Virus record (IMG/VR): IMGVR_UViG_3300035698_029839
Coordinates: 1 to 64,000 of that record
Strand: one strand, 5' to 3'
Length of the DNA: 64,000 bases
Numbering within the stretch: position 1 is the stretch's first letter; every line of letters starts with the position of its first letter. A program made the position numbers and the translations under genes. Below are positions 11,152 to 20,781 of the stretch, piece after piece. Below the pieces are notes generated by a model. That model was given only the letters and a program-made list of their open reading frames with translations, was not told where the DNA came from and ran no database searches.

Positions 11152-12342
11152 ATGAAAAGATATAAAAAGCCTATTTCTCAAACTCATAAAGAATTAATGA
11201 AAGAATGGGACTATGAGAATAATGATGAGTTAGGATTAGACCCTTGTAAAATAACTAGAGGGAGTCATAAGAAAGCGTTGTGGAGATGTAAAAGGGGACA
11301 TTTTTGGGAAGCCGAGATAGTTAATAGGGTTAATGGTAGAGGGTGCCCCTATTGTTCTAATAAAAAGGTTTGTAAAGAGAACTGTTTAAAAACCAAATTT
11401 CCTGAAATAGTTGAAGAATGGGATTACGAAAAGAATAAACAAATTACTCCTAAAAATATAATTTCTCAAAGTAGTAAAAAAGTATGGTGGAAGTGTAAAA
11501 AGGGACATTCTTGGGAATCTGAGATTGCTGGTAGGGTTAATGGTAGAGGGTGTCCATATTGTTCTAATAATAGAGTTTGTAAAGAAAACTGTTTAAAAAC
11601 TAAATTTCCTAAGATATCTAAAGAATGGGATTTTATTAGAAATGGAGAACTAACTCCAGAAACTGTAACTTATGGAAGTAGTAAGAAGGTATGGTGGATA
11701 TGCTCGAAAAATAAAGATCATAAATGGAAAATTTCAATAGCTCACAGAGCGAATGGAAGAAATTGTCCGTATTGTTCTGGCAAAAAGGTATCTAATGATA
11801 ATTGTTTGCAAACTAAATTTCCTAAGATATCTAAAGAATGGAATTTTTTTAAGAATGGAATTCTAACTCCTAAAAACTTGACGACAGGAAATGATAAGAA
11901 AGTTTGGTGGAAATGTTTAAGAGGTCATGAGTGGCAAGCAGCTATATATAGCAGGACTGCTGGTAATGGTTGTCCTTATTGCTCGCTTGAGGGGAGATCT
12001 GGTAAAAATCATTATTATTACAACCATAATTTAACAGATGAAGAAAGAATAAATAAAAGAAATAATAAAAAAACTCCAGTATGGCGAAAAGAGGTCTATG
12101 AAAGAGATAAATATGCGTGCCAAATTTGTGAAGATAATAGAGGAGGGAATCTTAATGCTCATCATCTTGAAGGATATAATCATAATAAAGAATTAAGATT
12201 TGAAAAAAATAATGGCATAACTCTTTGTAAGAAATGCCATAATGATTTTCATAATATTTATGGAAGAGGAAATAATACTACAAAGCAATTTAATGAGTAT
12301 AAAAAGAGTTGTGAATTGAATTGTGTTGAAGTTATTTATTAA
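11152..12342 (+). CDS. HNH homing endonuclease with four N-terminal zinc-ribbon repeats
   Basis: 4x EW...N...K(A/V)(L/W)W.C..(G/D)H.W...R..G..CPYC; C-terminal WRKEVYERDKYACQIC...AHH...NGITLCKKCHNDFH. Confidence 0.85.
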   Translation: MKRYKKPISQTHKELMKEWDYENNDELGLDPCKITRGSHKKALWRCKRGHFWEAEIVNRVNGRGCPYCSNKKVCKENCLKTKFPEIVEEWDYEKNKQITPKNIISQSSKKVWWKCKKGHSWESEIAGRVNGRGCPYCSNNRVCKENCLKTKFPKISKEWDFIRNGELTPETVTYGSSKKVWWICSKNKDHKWKISIAHRANGRNCPYCSGKKVSNDNCLQTKFPKISKEWNFFKNGILTPKNLTTGNDKKVWWKCLRGHEWQAAIYSRTAGNGCPYCSLEGRSGKNHYYYNHNLTDEERINKRNNKKTPVWRKEVYERDKYACQICEDNRGGNLNAHHLEGYNHNKELRFEKNNGITLCKKCHNDFHNIYGRGNNTTKQFNEYKKSCELNCVEVIY

Positions 12343-12392
12343 ATGTCGATATATTATTATGAATAATAAGTTAGTTTAATAGAAAGATAATT

Positions 12393-12692
12393 ATGAACGA
12401 ATTTAAACATGTAATAGAAATTAGTGCAAATAGTAGTGGGGGGTGTTGTAATCTATGTTCAAAACAAATTAGTCTTGGGGATGGTTTTGACATTGATATA
12501 GGAAAGATAATTAATCATTATATTCAAAAGCATAATTATAAATTATTAAACATTATATCATTTACTTTTGATAGTGTTAATGATTGTGGATTCGCTCATG
12601 GAGTTAAAGCTTATGTTGGCAGCGAGAACCCAGGCCCAAAAGAGATTCTTCCAGAAGACATATCTATTACTTTTATCGATGATAATGACTAA
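12393..12692 (+). CDS. Hypothetical protein
   Basis: ORF track, codirectional. Confidence 0.5.
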   Translation: MNEFKHVIEISANSSGGCCNLCSKQISLGDGFDIDIGKIINHYIQKHNYKLLNIISFTFDSVNDCGFAHGVKAYVGSENPGPKEILPEDISITFIDDND

Positions 12693-12720
12693 TTAAGAAT
12701 CGTTGTGAAGATATATAATT

Positions 12721-13434
12721 ATGGCATATATTATAGATATAATATTATTAACTCATAATAATATAGATAATACAAAACAATGTATAAGTAATCTTTATAG
12801 TTTTACTAATGATTTTGGTTTGATTGTTTTAGATAATAATTCTACAGATGGTACGGTTGATTATTTAAAAAAAATATCAGATCAAAACGACAATGTAACT
12901 TTATCTTTTTCTGATTCTAATTTGGGTATTATAAATGGCAGGAATAGTGCATACACACTATCGAAAGAGACTGATTATGTTTGTTTCATAGATAATGATC
13001 AATTTGTTAGTGATGGATGGTTAGATAGCTATTTGTCTTTTGTAAACAATGATTTTGATATAGTCGGAGCAGAAGGTTGGAAAATGAAAAGAAATTTTTA
13101 TCCATACAAAAAAGTAGGGATTAACGAAACATATAATTATGTTGGTTGTGGAGGTATGGTTTTAAAAAGAGGAGTAATAGAAGATATAGGGCTATTTGAT
13201 AGTAATTTTAATCCGATGTATTTTGAGGACCCAGATTTTTGTTGGAGAGCATATTTAAGCGGATATAAATTGTGTTGGAATACAGATAAAAAAATACATC
13301 ATAAGTTACATAAGTTACTAGGAGAGGGTAAGGAAAAATTGAAGTTTTTCCGCAAAAGTTTAAATGTTTTTCAGAATAAGTGGGGATGGATGAAAAAAGG
13401 AATACCTACATTTTTAAATAATATTGAGAAGTGA
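12721..13434 (+). CDS. Glycosyltransferase family 2
   Basis: IILLTHN, LDNNSTDGT, FIDND (DxD), EDPDFCWRA. Confidence 0.88.
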   Translation: MAYIIDIILLTHNNIDNTKQCISNLYSFTNDFGLIVLDNNSTDGTVDYLKKISDQNDNVTLSFSDSNLGIINGRNSAYTLSKETDYVCFIDNDQFVSDGWLDSYLSFVNNDFDIVGAEGWKMKRNFYPYKKVGINETYNYVGCGGMVLKRGVIEDIGLFDSNFNPMYFEDPDFCWRAYLSGYKLCWNTDKKIHHKLHKLLGEGKEKLKFFRKSLNVFQNKWGWMKKGIPTFLNNIEK

Positions 13435-13460
13435 TTGTCTATCTTTTATAAAAGTATAAT

Positions 13461-14579
13461 ATGAAATTAGTTATTCTTTGTAATTTTGGTCCTTATTCTT
13501 CAGTAGGGGGTTCAGAGGCAGTTATCTCGGCTATTGCAGAAAGGCTAATATGTCCGCCATATAATTATGAAATTGATATATATGCTCATAATTATAAGAA
13601 AGATTCTATACATAAAGGTATAAATTTATTTCCATGTCCTAAGGGTGATAATATAGTCCCCATAATAGCTCAAAACGAGCACATAATGGTTTATAGCGAC
13701 TCTCAATGGAACTTTGACTCATTATTAGGGTCTATTGGTAAAACTGCCCAGAAAGCCTCTATTTGCCTTGTAGGGGCATATCATCTTCAATCTCATCCAC
13801 AATCTCTACAATTACTAAAAGAAAATATAAGTAGATTTAATCTTATCACCCATTCCCAAATAACTTGTGATTATAAGTTCTGTATTGACAATGATTTACC
13901 TGTTAAGGTGGTTCCAAATGGAGTAAATTTGTCCGAATTTGAGAAAAGTGAAATAGATTTTAGACAAAAGTACAATATTAAAGAAAAATATATGATTTTG
14001 AATGTGGGAAATTTTTTTTATGGAAAGGGTTTTGAGCTTATTCCCAAAATAGCTCAAAAATTATCAGAGGATTTAGACGATTTTGTTATTGTTCAATGTT
14101 CTAATACTATCAGATATCCTTACGATAAAATATTTTTTGAAAGAACAAAAAAACAAAGTAAGGGATTAAATGTAAGATTTTTAAGGGATCTTCCTAGAGT
14201 AGATATCGTAGCGGCATTCAAAGAATCTGATATGTTCTTATTCCCTAGTAAAAAGGAGATTGCTCCTATTGTTATTCTTGAATGTAGGGCCGCTAAATTA
14301 CCTTATATCTCAATGAAGGTAGGAAATATGATGGAGAATCCAGGTGGAGTTCCAGTCAATTATCAGAAAGTAGATAATAAGGGGTATGTATTAATTGAAG
14401 ATAGTATTATCAGACATTTTTCAGCGGGTATCTTTAATAGTTTAATACCTATGAAAATAAATGGCAAGAAGAATACAAGGGCATTTAAAAATATCCTTAT
14501 TTCTGATGGACAAGAAGATATAGAGTCTATTGATTGGGATCAGATTGTCCCTTTATATGATGAGGTATTTAAAGGGTGA
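13461..14579 (+). CDS. Glycosyltransferase family 4 (GT-B)
   Basis: GGSE, VPNGV, GKG, FLFPSKKEIAPIVILE (E-x7-E). Confidence 0.85.
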   Translation: MKLVILCNFGPYSSVGGSEAVISAIAERLICPPYNYEIDIYAHNYKKDSIHKGINLFPCPKGDNIVPIIAQNEHIMVYSDSQWNFDSLLGSIGKTAQKASICLVGAYHLQSHPQSLQLLKENISRFNLITHSQITCDYKFCIDNDLPVKVVPNGVNLSEFEKSEIDFRQKYNIKEKYMILNVGNFFYGKGFELIPKIAQKLSEDLDDFVIVQCSNTIRYPYDKIFFERTKKQSKGLNVRFLRDLPRVDIVAAFKESDMFLFPSKKEIAPIVILECRAAKLPYISMKVGNMMENPGGVPVNYQKVDNKGYVLIEDSIIRHFSAGIFNSLIPMKINGKKNTRAFKNILISDGQEDIESIDWDQIVPLYDEVFKG

Positions 14580-14845
14580 GATATAAAGTAGGAGATAAAG
14601 TTAAAATAAAGACTTGGGGTGAAACGAAAAAACTTGTTAATTTTAATTCTTTTATGGAAAAAGAAGTTGAGGAATTGAAAACTAATAGAATATTAACTAT
14701 TAAAGTAGTAAATGAAGGTTGTTATTATGCTATGAAAGAATCACGGTGGTTTTGGAATGATGATATGATTAAATGTTTAGCAAAAGACTTTAAAAAAGAA
14801 ATATACGAACCTATTAATGATAGATTTGAGATATTAGATTTATGA
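14576..14845 (+). CDS. Small SH3/KOW-like protein with C-terminal RFEILDL tag
   Basis: YKVGDKVKIKTW...WFWNDDMI; paralog of 33322..33642; ends PINDRFEILDL. Confidence 0.65.
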   Translation: MRYKVGDKVKIKTWGETKKLVNFNSFMEKEVEELKTNRILTIKVVNEGCYYAMKESRWFWNDDMIKCLAKDFKKEIYEPINDRFEILDL

Positions 14846-15561
14846 GTAATCCATTAGTTAGTGTAATAATGACGGTTTATAACTGTGAAAAGTTTATAGA
14901 GCAATCTTTAGATTCTGTTCTTAATCAAACTTTTAAAGATTTTGAGATTATCATATATAATGATGCTTCTACAGATAGAACGATGGATATGGTGATAGAT
15001 ATTATGAAAGATAATAAAAGTAATGTTCTTATTTCTGGTGGTAAAAATGTAGGTTGTGGAGAGGGAAGGAATAGAGCAATTGGGGAGGCAAGAGGAAAGT
15101 ATCTTGTAATTCAAGATGCTGATGATATAAGTTTGCAATGTCGATTGGAAAAAGAAGTTAATTTTTTAGAAAATAATGATGATATATTTTGTATTGGTGG
15201 ATGGGCCAATAAAACTGATCAAGATGGACATTTCATAGAGTTGATGAGCTATCCTCGTTCTACTCATGAAGAAATTTATAATGATATAATGGTTAAGAAG
15301 AATAACCCTATTATTGATCCATCATGTATGTATAGGAGAGATTTATTTAATAAACTTGGTGGTTATGATGGACGTTGGAGATTAGTCCCTGATTTTAATT
15401 TATGGGTAAGAGCAGCTCAAGAAGGTTTTAAATTTTCAAATTTCCAGGAGGTGTTGGTTTATTATAGGCAACACCCTAATAGTGTGACAAATAAGAGCGA
15501 GATGGCTGTTGTTAGAGAACATTTTAAAATGTGTAAAGAACTTCTTAAATTAAGAAAATAA
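14842..15561 (+). CDS. Glycosyltransferase family 2
   Basis: PLVSVIMTVYN, NDASTD, QDADD, DFNLWVR. Confidence 0.9.
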   Translation: MSNPLVSVIMTVYNCEKFIEQSLDSVLNQTFKDFEIIIYNDASTDRTMDMVIDIMKDNKSNVLISGGKNVGCGEGRNRAIGEARGKYLVIQDADDISLQCRLEKEVNFLENNDDIFCIGGWANKTDQDGHFIELMSYPRSTHEEIYNDIMVKKNNPIIDPSCMYRRDLFNKLGGYDGRWRLVPDFNLWVRAAQEGFKFSNFQEVLVYYRQHPNSVTNKSEMAVVREHFKMCKELLKLRK

Positions 15562-15622
15562 AGGTTTTTAAACAAGATCTTTGAATAATATAAAATGAAA
15601 TACTTTGATATGGAGATGTGTT

Positions 15623-16093
15623 ATGCAAGAGATACCCGAATGGATTATCAAAGTCGTAGAGATAGAAAAATTACAATGTAGAAATTGTAAGTCGCAGTTT
15701 AATTCTGATAATTTGATGTCTATTAGTATTCAAGAGAGTAGTAAGCCTCCTCATAAAGATTATTTATGTATAGGCTTATATTGTAAAAGTTGTAATGAAT
15801 TAATGATTTTTGAGTTAAAAGAGATGACTTTGATCGATTTCGCATTTGATATATTGGAACAGGAAAAAACCGATAAGATAAAGAAAAAATCTGTTAAGGA
15901 AGCTCCATCTTCATTGAATAAATCTAAAGACAAGAAATCGACAAGACGAGCAAAAAATAGAAGTAAAATTACCAGTCAGGAAGTAGAAGAAGTAAAAGAT
16001 TTTTTAAAAGCAAAAAATCTTCTTCATGAAGACTTCTTAATAGCTCTGGGAATGTTACCAGATGAGATTAAAAAATATAATTATAAGAAATAG
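15623..16093 (+). CDS. Zinc-finger protein (CxxC...CxxC)
   Basis: CRNC...CKSC; ATG after GGAG. Confidence 0.55.
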   Translation: MQEIPEWIIKVVEIEKLQCRNCKSQFNSDNLMSISIQESSKPPHKDYLCIGLYCKSCNELMIFELKEMTLIDFAFDILEQEKTDKIKKKSVKEAPSSLNKSKDKKSTRRAKNRSKITSQEVEEVKDFLKAKNLLHEDFLIALGMLPDEIKKYNYKK

Positions 16094-16102
16094 AGAGTTA
16101 AT

Positions 16103-17167
16103 ATGAGTAAAATAAGCGATTTTAGAATAGCAGAATCTATTATTAGAAAAATTTGCGATAAGCATAATGTTAATTTTGTAGATATCCAAGTTTCTTTTGA
16201 TGATAATATATCTGGAACTCTTGTTGTGGGGGAAACAAAAAATATAGCTCATACAATGTTTAAGATTGTTGCGGAATATATAAATAATTCGTTAGATATT
16301 GTAGATGTTCAATTTATGCCCAATGAGGAAGATAGGAATAATTTTTTAATTGTTTTAGCTTCTAATTTAAGAACTCTCATGTATGGGGATGATGTTGATG
16401 ATAATTTTGTAGATGAAGCTCACGTTATGAGACTGTATCAATTTCCAAAAGTGTGGATATTGTTGAAAGATATTATTTGTCCTATATATAATAAAGACCT
16501 TATTAATTTTAAAATAATCTGTGACGGTAATCCTGAAATTGATATTGCTAAATATTATAAGAAAGAAGAATTTCCATCAGATGATATTTCAGAAGAATCG
16601 TTTATTTTTGTAAATATAATTAATAATAGAGCGCTTCAAAGTGCTTTTATTTTTATAGAGGCATTAAGGGCTCATGATTTATCTCCTATAGAAGTAATTA
16701 AAAAAATATATGAAACAGATATATATGATAAATATAGAGGGTTACTTGAGATATCCATGGCTGAAGAGGAAATCTCTGATTTTGAATGTGCTGTTATGTC
16801 TAATTTAGGAATTAATTTTTATGCTATGATTTCTAAAAAAACTGCTTGTCTTAATCCTAAATTTGTTAAAAAAGCCCAAAATTCAGTTCCAGGGCTACCT
16901 AATCAATTTTGGCAAATAGGATTGCTGGAAAAGATGTTGGAACCTGCTAGAGGAGATGACTGGACTGTTTATAAAAATTTAGAGCCTTATGTTAAGGAAT
17001 TTTGGGATAAAGTGGAATCGGTAAGACAAAAAAGAATTATAAATGGTCATGATAACGGTGTTCCTTTTAATGTTTTGCTTCGTATAAAACAAAGGCAAAC
17101 CGTGGGTTATGAGACAGATCCTACACAAACTATTCAATCTCTGTTGTCATCGGATAGGGTTTGGTAA
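16103..17167 (+). CDS. Hypothetical protein
   Basis: 354-aa ORF, no motif recognised. Confidence 0.6.
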   Translation: MSKISDFRIAESIIRKICDKHNVNFVDIQVSFDDNISGTLVVGETKNIAHTMFKIVAEYINNSLDIVDVQFMPNEEDRNNFLIVLASNLRTLMYGDDVDDNFVDEAHVMRLYQFPKVWILLKDIICPIYNKDLINFKIICDGNPEIDIAKYYKKEEFPSDDISEESFIFVNIINNRALQSAFIFIEALRAHDLSPIEVIKKIYETDIYDKYRGLLEISMAEEEISDFECAVMSNLGINFYAMISKKTACLNPKFVKKAQNSVPGLPNQFWQIGLLEKMLEPARGDDWTVYKNLEPYVKEFWDKVESVRQKRIINGHDNGVPFNVLLRIKQRQTVGYETDPTQTIQSLLSSDRVW

Positions 17168-17235
17168 ATGTCCTTGAAAAGTGAAAATGATACAATTATC
17201 ATTGTAGATAATTTATTAATTGATGAGGTAGAAAA

Positions 17236-17556
17236 ATGAATAACGATGAATATGTTTCTTTTTTGAAAGGAGTATTAGTAAAAATAGAGAATGCTCTTAA
17301 TTTAATGGGCAATTTTCCGCCTAAGCACATACTTGCTTATCATAAGATGTTAGGTGTACAGCAGAAAATTGTGGGATTAGACAATTTGCATAGGAATCAA
17401 TTGTTCCCACAAATAATACATATTAGGGGAATAATTAATCATTTAATAAATGGTCATTATAAAAAAGCTCATGAAATAATATTGAAACTAAAAGGACATC
17501 TAATAAACATTTGTTTGGAAATAGAAAATGAAAAAAATAGAGACAAAAAAACATAA
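17236..17556 (+). CDS. Hypothetical helical protein
   Basis: ORF with GAGG RBS after a TTGAAAAGTGA motif. Confidence 0.55.
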   Translation: MNNDEYVSFLKGVLVKIENALNLMGNFPPKHILAYHKMLGVQQKIVGLDNLHRNQLFPQIIHIRGIINHLINGHYKKAHEIILKLKGHLINICLEIENEKNRDKKT

Positions 17557-17698
17557 AAGGTTACAAGCCGACTTAATTGAACACCCTCCAGTCGATGAGG
17601 AAGATGATGATAATCTTATAAAAGATAAGAAAAAGAAAAAAATTTATCAATTAAATCAATTCGTCGATGATATTGATATAAATGAAGTTGTTGAATAG
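17528..17698 (+). CDS. Hypothetical protein (56 aa, not in ORF track)
   Basis: MKKIETKKHKRLQADLIEHPP...INEVVE fills the gap. Confidence 0.45.
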   Translation: MKKIETKKHKRLQADLIEHPPVDEEDDDNLIKDKKKKKIYQLNQFVDDIDINEVVE

Positions 17699-17709
17699 GA
17701 GTAAGGGGC

Positions 17710-19254
17710 TTGAAAAGTAATATATTGATTCTACGTGTTGATCATAATTCAACATATGTAGAAGGTCGAATGAGCAGCGAAATATACGATAAGTTTAAAA
17801 GAGAATTAGGTTATCTTCCAGAAAATGCATTCTGGATGATAAAAAATAATTCAGAAAAAGCTAAACAACATGAGAAGTGGAAAAAAGAATGGGACGGTAA
17901 TATTTCTGCCGTTTGCTGGAATAAGCAATTCTGTCATTGTCATATAAAGAAAAGTGGTTTGCATTTTCGAACAGGTCTTCTATCCAAAGCTGTAGATTTT
18001 TTTAGAGCAAATGATATTTTGTTTAGAAGAATAGATATTAGAAGCAAAACAGAAAAAACAGATAAATATTCTATGTCTTCAGAATTTGAATCTAGGGATT
18101 ATCAACAAGAGATTATTGATAGGGTTATTGGGGATAAACATAGTTCGGGCATAGATAGAGGTATTATTAAGGCAGCAACAGGATCTGGCAAAACTAGTAT
18201 AGCTAGTGGGATTATATCTCGTATGGGAGTTTCTCCTACTATTTTTTATGTCCCAAGTATTGATCTTTTAAGACAAGCAAAAGATGAGTTGGAAAGATTT
18301 ATAAGACAAGATAATCTTGGGATTAAAGTAGGAATGATAGGTGGTGGTCATAAAGATATTAAAGATATTAATGTAATGACTATTCAAACTGCTGTTAGGG
18401 CTTTAGGCGGAGTTTGGGTTAAATTTGATGATGAAGATAATTTAAAAGATGATACTGATATTGATGATATAAAAGAAGATGTTAAAAGTTTAATTAAAGA
18501 TTCTAGGTTAATGATTTGTGATGAAGTGCAGCATTGGGCAGCGGAAACATGTCAAATAATATCAGATGCATCTACTTCTTGTCAATATAAATTTGGAATG
18601 TCAGCTACTCCCTATCGTGACCAGGGAGATGATATTTTAATTGAGGGTTGTTTTGGTAAAACTATTGCAGATATCAGCGCTTCTATTTTAATTAAGAAAA
18701 AACACCTTATTAAACCTACGATTTATTTCATCAAAATTAATAATATGAGAGGATTAAGAAAATCTTCATATGCTAATATCTATAAGCAAGCAATTATAGA
18801 AAATTCTCATAGGAATAATAAAATAGTAGAATTGGCTGAACGTTTTATTAAGAGTGGTAGAAAGATTCTTATTTTAGTGAAGCAAATAAAACATGGGAAG
18901 ATGCTAGAGAATCTTATTCCTGAAAGTATTTTCATGTATGGGGAAACAGGTAAAAAAAAGAGAAAAGCCCATCTTGATAAAATGAGAAAAGGAGAACCTC
19001 AAATTACAATAGCAAGCGTGATTTTTGATGAGGGCATTGATGTTCGTCCATTGGATACTTTAATTTTAGCTGGTGGAGGGAAGTCTCCTACAAGGGCTTT
19101 GCAAAGAATAGGAAGAATATTGAGGCCCTATGAGGGGAAAAAAGGTGCTATTGCTGTTGATTTTATGGATAACTGTAAATATATGCAATCTCATAGTAAA
19201 AAAAGATTAAGTATATATAGGACAGAAGAAGAATTTGAAATTATAGGGGAATAG
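17710..19254 (+). CDS. Superfamily 2 DNA helicase (UvsW/XPB-like)
   Basis: RDYQ, ATGSGKT, DEVQH, SAT, EGIDV, QRIGRILR. Confidence 0.9.
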   Translation: MKSNILILRVDHNSTYVEGRMSSEIYDKFKRELGYLPENAFWMIKNNSEKAKQHEKWKKEWDGNISAVCWNKQFCHCHIKKSGLHFRTGLLSKAVDFFRANDILFRRIDIRSKTEKTDKYSMSSEFESRDYQQEIIDRVIGDKHSSGIDRGIIKAATGSGKTSIASGIISRMGVSPTIFYVPSIDLLRQAKDELERFIRQDNLGIKVGMIGGGHKDIKDINVMTIQTAVRALGGVWVKFDDEDNLKDDTDIDDIKEDVKSLIKDSRLMICDEVQHWAAETCQIISDASTSCQYKFGMSATPYRDQGDDILIEGCFGKTIADISASILIKKKHLIKPTIYFIKINNMRGLRKSSYANIYKQAIIENSHRNNKIVELAERFIKSGRKILILVKQIKHGKMLENLIPESIFMYGETGKKKRKAHLDKMRKGEPQITIASVIFDEGIDVRPLDTLILAGGGKSPTRALQRIGRILRPYEGKKGAIAVDFMDNCKYMQSHSKKRLSIYRTEEEFEIIGE

Positions 19255-19258
19255 GAAA

Positions 19259-20212
19259 TTGGCAATGATTCAAAAAGATGCTAAAGATATTATCAGAGAG
19301 ATAAAAGCAGATATAGATGGTGTAGATCCTAAGGATATACAGTTTAAAGACTTACGTAAAACGAATAGTAAAAATAAGAAAGTAGAAAAAACTAATGAAA
19401 GTGAAAGTAAAAGTGGTATAATAGATAACAGTGAAGGGTTTTCTCTTACCGATGAGGCTGTAAGGTATTGTGATTACAGAGAAATAGCAAAGAGAGGACG
19501 AGCAAAAGAAAAGAATAGTTTGGAAGAGTGGGGTGCTTTTGACTTTTTTAGATTTGTTCATAAATTGTATATTAATAGATATCAGACTGATTGGGATTTG
19601 AACATGGGAGGAAGCAGTCTTGAAATTAATAGAATTAAAGATTTGTTTATCGATGTATTTGGTTATTGTTGTAACTTGATGATACATGATTATATAGTTT
19701 ATTTTTTTGATCATCATATTGATTATTTTATGCATAAAAATGGTTTTTATTTTAGCCAAATGAGGCAGGACTGGATAATTATTAATTTTAAAGAGTCTTA
19801 TAATTTTAGAGAGAGATTTACCAGCTATATGACTCAGAAAAAGCAGAAAAATAAAAAATATAAATTAACTAAGGATGAAATACAAAAATCATATGATATG
19901 GGGGACTCAACCTTGGTTGGGAACTATGGAGTAGTTATTGCTTTGAATTGGTTGCTCAGAATAAAAAAGATTAATAAAAAAGAAGCTACGAAAGCTGTTG
20001 TTGATGCTTGTAGGGATATGTATAAGAAGCATCTGATAGATATTGTACAAAGTGCCACAGAAATATATTCTCCATATCCTGAAAATCTTGCTTTTAAGAG
20101 TCCTCAACTTATTTTTGATAAAATAGACAAAACTATTCAGTTAAATGTAGAGTTTAGGGAAAATAATAAAATGATGTTTTTGCAAAAAGGAGAAAATAAG
20201 AAAGGTGATTAA
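19259..20212 (+). CDS. Hypothetical protein (replication region)
   Basis: 317-aa ORF. Confidence 0.6.
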   Translation: MAMIQKDAKDIIREIKADIDGVDPKDIQFKDLRKTNSKNKKVEKTNESESKSGIIDNSEGFSLTDEAVRYCDYREIAKRGRAKEKNSLEEWGAFDFFRFVHKLYINRYQTDWDLNMGGSSLEINRIKDLFIDVFGYCCNLMIHDYIVYFFDHHIDYFMHKNGFYFSQMRQDWIIINFKESYNFRERFTSYMTQKKQKNKKYKLTKDEIQKSYDMGDSTLVGNYGVVIALNWLLRIKKINKKEATKAVVDACRDMYKKHLIDIVQSATEIYSPYPENLAFKSPQLIFDKIDKTIQLNVEFRENNKMMFLQKGENKKGD

Positions 20213-20721
20213 TGGAAAAAAATTATAATATTAATGGTCAAATCAAAGCGGAAATAGTGAATTTGGTTTTTTCTGATGGTGAGATTAAAGAGGCTATTAA
20301 ATTATCTGAGGCGTTAAAGATTGGAGAAGATGAAGGTTTAGATATCGTGGAGGTATCGGAGAAAAGTAAAAATGGTTTTCCAGTTTGTAAGATGATAGAT
20401 TACGGAAAAATGATGTACCATCAGAGTAAGAAAAGAAAAAATAAAAAACAGATACAACATACTAAAGAAATTAAATATAGTTTAAAAATTGCTCCTCATG
20501 ATCTTGAGGTTAAACACAAGCAGATATTGAAGTTTTTAGCAAAAAAATATATAGTAAAATATATTTTAGAGCTTAGTGGCAGAGAAAAAAATATGGTAAC
20601 TGAAGCTGTTGAAAAAATTAATAATAACCTTGAAGAGTTTAAAGATTTGTCAACATGGAAACCTCCTCAGGTCTCTTCAGGTAAAAGAATATTAATATCC
20701 ACAACTATTGTTCCATTATAG
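20212..20721 (+). CDS. infC: Translation initiation factor IF-3
   Basis: IN..I...V...DG...EAL..G...GLDIVEV...PVCKMIDYGK...KEIK...I..HDL..K. Confidence 0.88.
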   Translation: MEKNYNINGQIKAEIVNLVFSDGEIKEAIKLSEALKIGEDEGLDIVEVSEKSKNGFPVCKMIDYGKMMYHQSKKRKNKKQIQHTKEIKYSLKIAPHDLEVKHKQILKFLAKKYIVKYILELSGREKNMVTEAVEKINNNLEEFKDLSTWKPPQVSSGKRILISTTIVPL

Positions 20722-20781
20722 TATTGAAAAGTGAAAAATAAATTGTTAATTTAGAAGAAATATTTTAAAAGGATCAAAAAG

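Noticed and set aside
11212-11985. Approximately 200-bp direct repeats in the HNH gene (also in 52778 and 55940)
   Set aside because: They are in-frame zinc-finger domain repeats, not DGR template/variable repeats; no reverse transcriptase in the window.
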